Origin: Promethearchaeota archaeon
GTDB taxonomy: Archaea > Asgardarchaeota > Lokiarchaeia > Sigyniarchaeales > SOKP01
Direction: 5' to 3'
NCBI GenBank assembly: GCA_019057865.1
Contig: JAHLWP010000034.1
Coordinates: forward strand, 1 to 48,469
DNA: 48,469 bases
Each line of letters starts with the position of its first letter. The first letter of the stretch is position 1. The notes below the pieces were generated by a model. That model was not told where the DNA came from and did no database searches. It was given only the letters and a program-made list of their open reading frames with translations. The translations under genes were made by a program, and so were the position numbers. Shown piece by piece: positions 45,684-48,469 of this stretch.

Positions 45684-48469
45684 TTATAATATCTTTTCAT
45701 AAATCTTATGAAGATCGCCAGGCGATTTTTTACCTAATTTGCGAATTTGCGCCATTTGTTTAAGCGTAGGTCTCGCTATTTCCATTTTATAGACCCATTT
45801 TTTTACAGTTCGTTCTGTTATTTTTACTTTAAAAATTTCAAAGTGTAAATCAGCAATTTCTTCATAAGTCATATACCAAACTAATTGTTCTAACTGTTCT
45901 TTCGTAATCATAAACTTTTGCCGGCTTTGTGCGAAATTTCTCAATCTTTCCATTCTTTCTTGATGTTCTTCAAGTCTAATTCTTTTACTTGGTAAACTTT
46001 TTTGATAATTATCTAACATTTCATTGAATAATTCAGCCCCTAAAGTTAATCGCCAATAAATACCATCTTTATTTTTATTTTGTCTTACTTCATACCTAAT
46101 ATTAAATTTATTTTTAATGTTTTCAAGAAATCTTTTACTTTTTGAATCAATTTGAGAAGTTCCAGTTTCCCCATCTCCATCAAAAAAGCCAAGAAGGAAT
46201 GCTAAATATAATTGACGGTTCTTCCTAATATTTTTAAAATCAGGTAATTTTATACGATGCGATTTTTTACCGATATTCCAACCTAGTTCAATTAAAGTAT
46301 TTGGGAAGTCCATTCTTGAAAAACTGATTCTTATTCTTACAAAACCTTTCTTAAGATTATCATATTCTACATACTTTGGATTAAATCCTATAGCTTCGAT
46401 GAATCGAATTAATAGAATCTCATCTTTTTTATTGCATCCCACACCCCATTCTAAATATGGGTACCCTTCATGTTTAATTAGAGAAAGCCATCCTTCAGCA
46501 TATAACCATCCAAGCCAGTAAGCTTTTTCCTTAGTATCAATTTTTTTAAAGTAATTAAGATTGAAATCTGGGTGTTTATCTAATATTGATCCATAAGTAT
46601 ATTGTCTTAGAGTATTTTCATTTTTGTATTTTTCAAATAATAATATAATATTATGAGGTATATCCCTCCCTTTTTTCTTTAATGAAGTTTTAAGGTTTGA
46701 TAAATAACTTTGTAATTGCTCTAATGAAATTTCTGTTTTATCAGAAATTTTACTTTTAACGTGGGATTCGGTTTCTCCAAATAGCTTGCTTAAAACTCTA
46801 TTCTTAACTTTTCCTGCATAAATCTCATTGGTAGAAAGAAGAGGAGCTAACTCTATTTTAATCTCATTTAAAAAGTCAACAGCTTTATAATTAAATTTGT
46901 TAATCTTTTCTTTAATTGAAAAATAATCTTCCAACATTTTTATTTTAATATATCTATAGAAATCCCAGCCCCATTTGACATAATTTTTGGTATGCAACTT
47001 AAAAGATACACCAAAAATTTCAATTAATTGATCAGTATCCAGTTTACTCAGAAGTAATATTAAATTTTTTCTTTCTTGATTGCTTATAATCTCCTTATTA
47101 ATGATCTGTATGATTTTATCTTTATAATTTTCCTTCAAGTTCTTTATAGAGGCTATACTTTCATTTAAAAATTTCTTCCAATTTTCACCCTTTCTTAAAT
47201 TTTTTATTTCAGATAATTTTTTTGAGGCTTTTTTAGAGATTTCATATTTTTTAGACAGATTTCTGAGAAATTTATATTTTATTTCACTAATTAGCGCAGG
47301 ATTCCACCAATGACGTTCTTGAAAGTATGCTTTAAATCCGCTTATATTCAAATATATATGTAAGTGAATTAGATCGATATGATGGAGTCTGTTTATAATA
47401 GAGATTATTTTATCTCTTTCTTTTTCAGTTAATTCTCCGTTTTTATATTTTTTATATAATTCTTCCAAATCTTCATAGTCTTGGAAATTACAGAGTATCT
47501 CTTTCAGAATTTCTTTAAGTTCAGAGCTGAGCATCTCTTCTGGAGATCCCTCTATCCACTTTTTAAGTTTCTTTTGCCATTTCTCCTCTTTTAGTTCCTT
47601 CTCTTCTAATTCTTCAGTTTTTAATTCTTGCTGTTCTAACCATTGGCTAAATCCTTTTGTCTCTTTTCCAGCATATATCGGTCTTTTACCAGTTTCTTGG
47701 CGATATAATTGCTGGAGTTTATTATACTCTTCTTCTGTTTCTTCACTTTCTGACTTTTTTTCTTTCTCTATAAATTCCTTGCTTTTTTCTTGATAAGACT
47801 CTAGTTCATCTACTTCGATGTTATCTAATCCTGTGTAGATCTCCTCTTCTGCTTCCTTTTTTTCCATTACTTGTTGGGTTTCACTATTCTCTTCGTTATT
47901 ATGAATAAAAATTTGCCCAAATTGCTCTTGTTCTTCAAGATCCAAATATTCTCCATCAATTTCAACTTGTTTGATTCCTGATTCTTCACTCACATCGTTT
48001 TCTTGTTGACTTTCTTCTATTTCATTTAAGAAGAAATTATCTGCGATTTCTTCCATTTTTTCATCGATTTCTTCTTGAAATTTTCCTTGTTGGTATAATT
48101 CTTCTTCATTATCTGCAAGATATTCTATCGCACCTACTCTTTCGATCTCTTCTCTGGTATCCTCTTCATCTCCTTCATCGTCATGGTCAACTGACTTTAA
48201 TTTTTCTTTCTCTTGTTTTTCATAGAGCTGTTCAACACTCTTTAAGAGTGTATAAGTTTCTTCTGCTTCCTGCATTAAATTCCTTATTTCTTCAGAACTC
48301 TTCCCTTCTTGTTCATATTGTTCATATTTTTCCCATAGATAATCAAATTCTTCTGGTTCTATCTCTGCCGCTTCTGTTATATCATTGAGATTTTCCTCTT
48401 GTGTTTCACTAGAATGTATTTCCTCAATATGCTCTTCCTTCTCTTGTTCCTCCGAGTTTAGTTGCTCTT
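45684..48469 (-). CDS. large acidic protein with a C-terminal double-motif LAGLIDADG endonuclease-like domain and HTH; 5' end lies beyond the window
   Basis: Frame stays open from 48467; E/Q-rich N-terminal region; KAYWLGWLYAEG and LAFLLGFFDGDG; C-terminal MTYEEIA...TVKKW. Confidence 0.8.
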   Translation of the reverse strand, partial: EQLNSEEQEKEEHIEEIHSSETQEENLNDITEAAEIEPEEFDYLWEKYEQYEQEGKSSEEIRNLMQEAEETYTLLKSVEQLYEKQEKEKLKSVDHDDEGDEEDTREEIERVGAIEYLADNEEELYQQGKFQEEIDEKMEEIADNFFLNEIEESQQENDVSEESGIKQVEIDGEYLDLEEQEQFGQIFIHNNEENSETQQVMEKKEAEEEIYTGLDNIEVDELESYQEKSKEFIEKEKKSESEETEEEYNKLQQLYRQETGKRPIYAGKETKGFSQWLEQQELKTEELEEKELKEEKWQKKLKKWIEGSPEEMLSSELKEILKEILCNFQDYEDLEELYKKYKNGELTEKERDKIISIINRLHHIDLIHLHIYLNISGFKAYFQERHWWNPALISEIKYKFLRNLSKKYEISKKASKKLSEIKNLRKGENWKKFLNESIASIKNLKENYKDKIIQIINKEIISNQERKNLILLLSKLDTDQLIEIFGVSFKLHTKNYVKWGWDFYRYIKIKMLEDYFSIKEKINKFNYKAVDFLNEIKIELAPLLSTNEIYAGKVKNRVLSKLFGETESHVKSKISDKTEISLEQLQSYLSNLKTSLKKKGRDIPHNIILLFEKYKNENTLRQYTYGSILDKHPDFNLNYFKKIDTKEKAYWLGWLYAEGWLSLIKHEGYPYLEWGVGCNKKDEILLIRFIEAIGFNPKYVEYDNLKKGFVRIRISFSRMDFPNTLIELGWNIGKKSHRIKLPDFKNIRKNRQLYLAFLLGFFDGDGETGTSQIDSKSKRFLENIKNKFNIRYEVRQNKNKDGIYWRLTLGAELFNEMLDNYQKSLPSKRIRLEEHQERMERLRNFAQSRQKFMITKEQLEQLVWYMTYEEIADLHFEIFKVKITERTVKKWVYKMEIARPTLKQMAQIRKLGKKSPGDLHKIYEKIL

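Noticed and set aside
45684-46600. Intein containing the LAGLIDADG domain
   Set aside because: No Hint block motifs or terminal HN-[C/S/T] were seen; the domain runs into an HTH and the stop codon.

Overview
Very AT-rich archaeal chromosome segment, most consistent with an Asgard archaeon (Lokiarchaeia/Promethearchaeota). The evidence is two roadblock/LC7 genes, two longin/uDENN-like genes, a eukaryote-type ubiquitin-like gene, SepCysS, archaeal SepF, Sm-L37e and PINA. Most of the window is housekeeping or metabolic. The main highlight is a tight minus-strand cassette at 41455-45456 resembling a Qat-type defence module: a short MGTAS- peptide plus an in-frame partner ORF (split QatB-like), a QatC/QueC-like PP-loop ligase, an HD phosphohydrolase where a QatA NTPase would be expected, and a degenerate TatD (QatD-like). 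It sits next to a large acidic protein carrying a LAGLIDADG domain. Other highlights are an 83-aa ubiquitin-like gene ending in GG that the ORF track misses, repeated in-frame ATT codons 6-7 nt after Shine-Dalgarno-like motifs that suggest non-AUG initiation, a tRNA-Leu(UAA) with two non-canonical introns together with an EndA lacking the catalytic His, and a SIRT6/7-like (class IV) sirtuin. All family assignments come from motif recognition by eye; no database searches were run.
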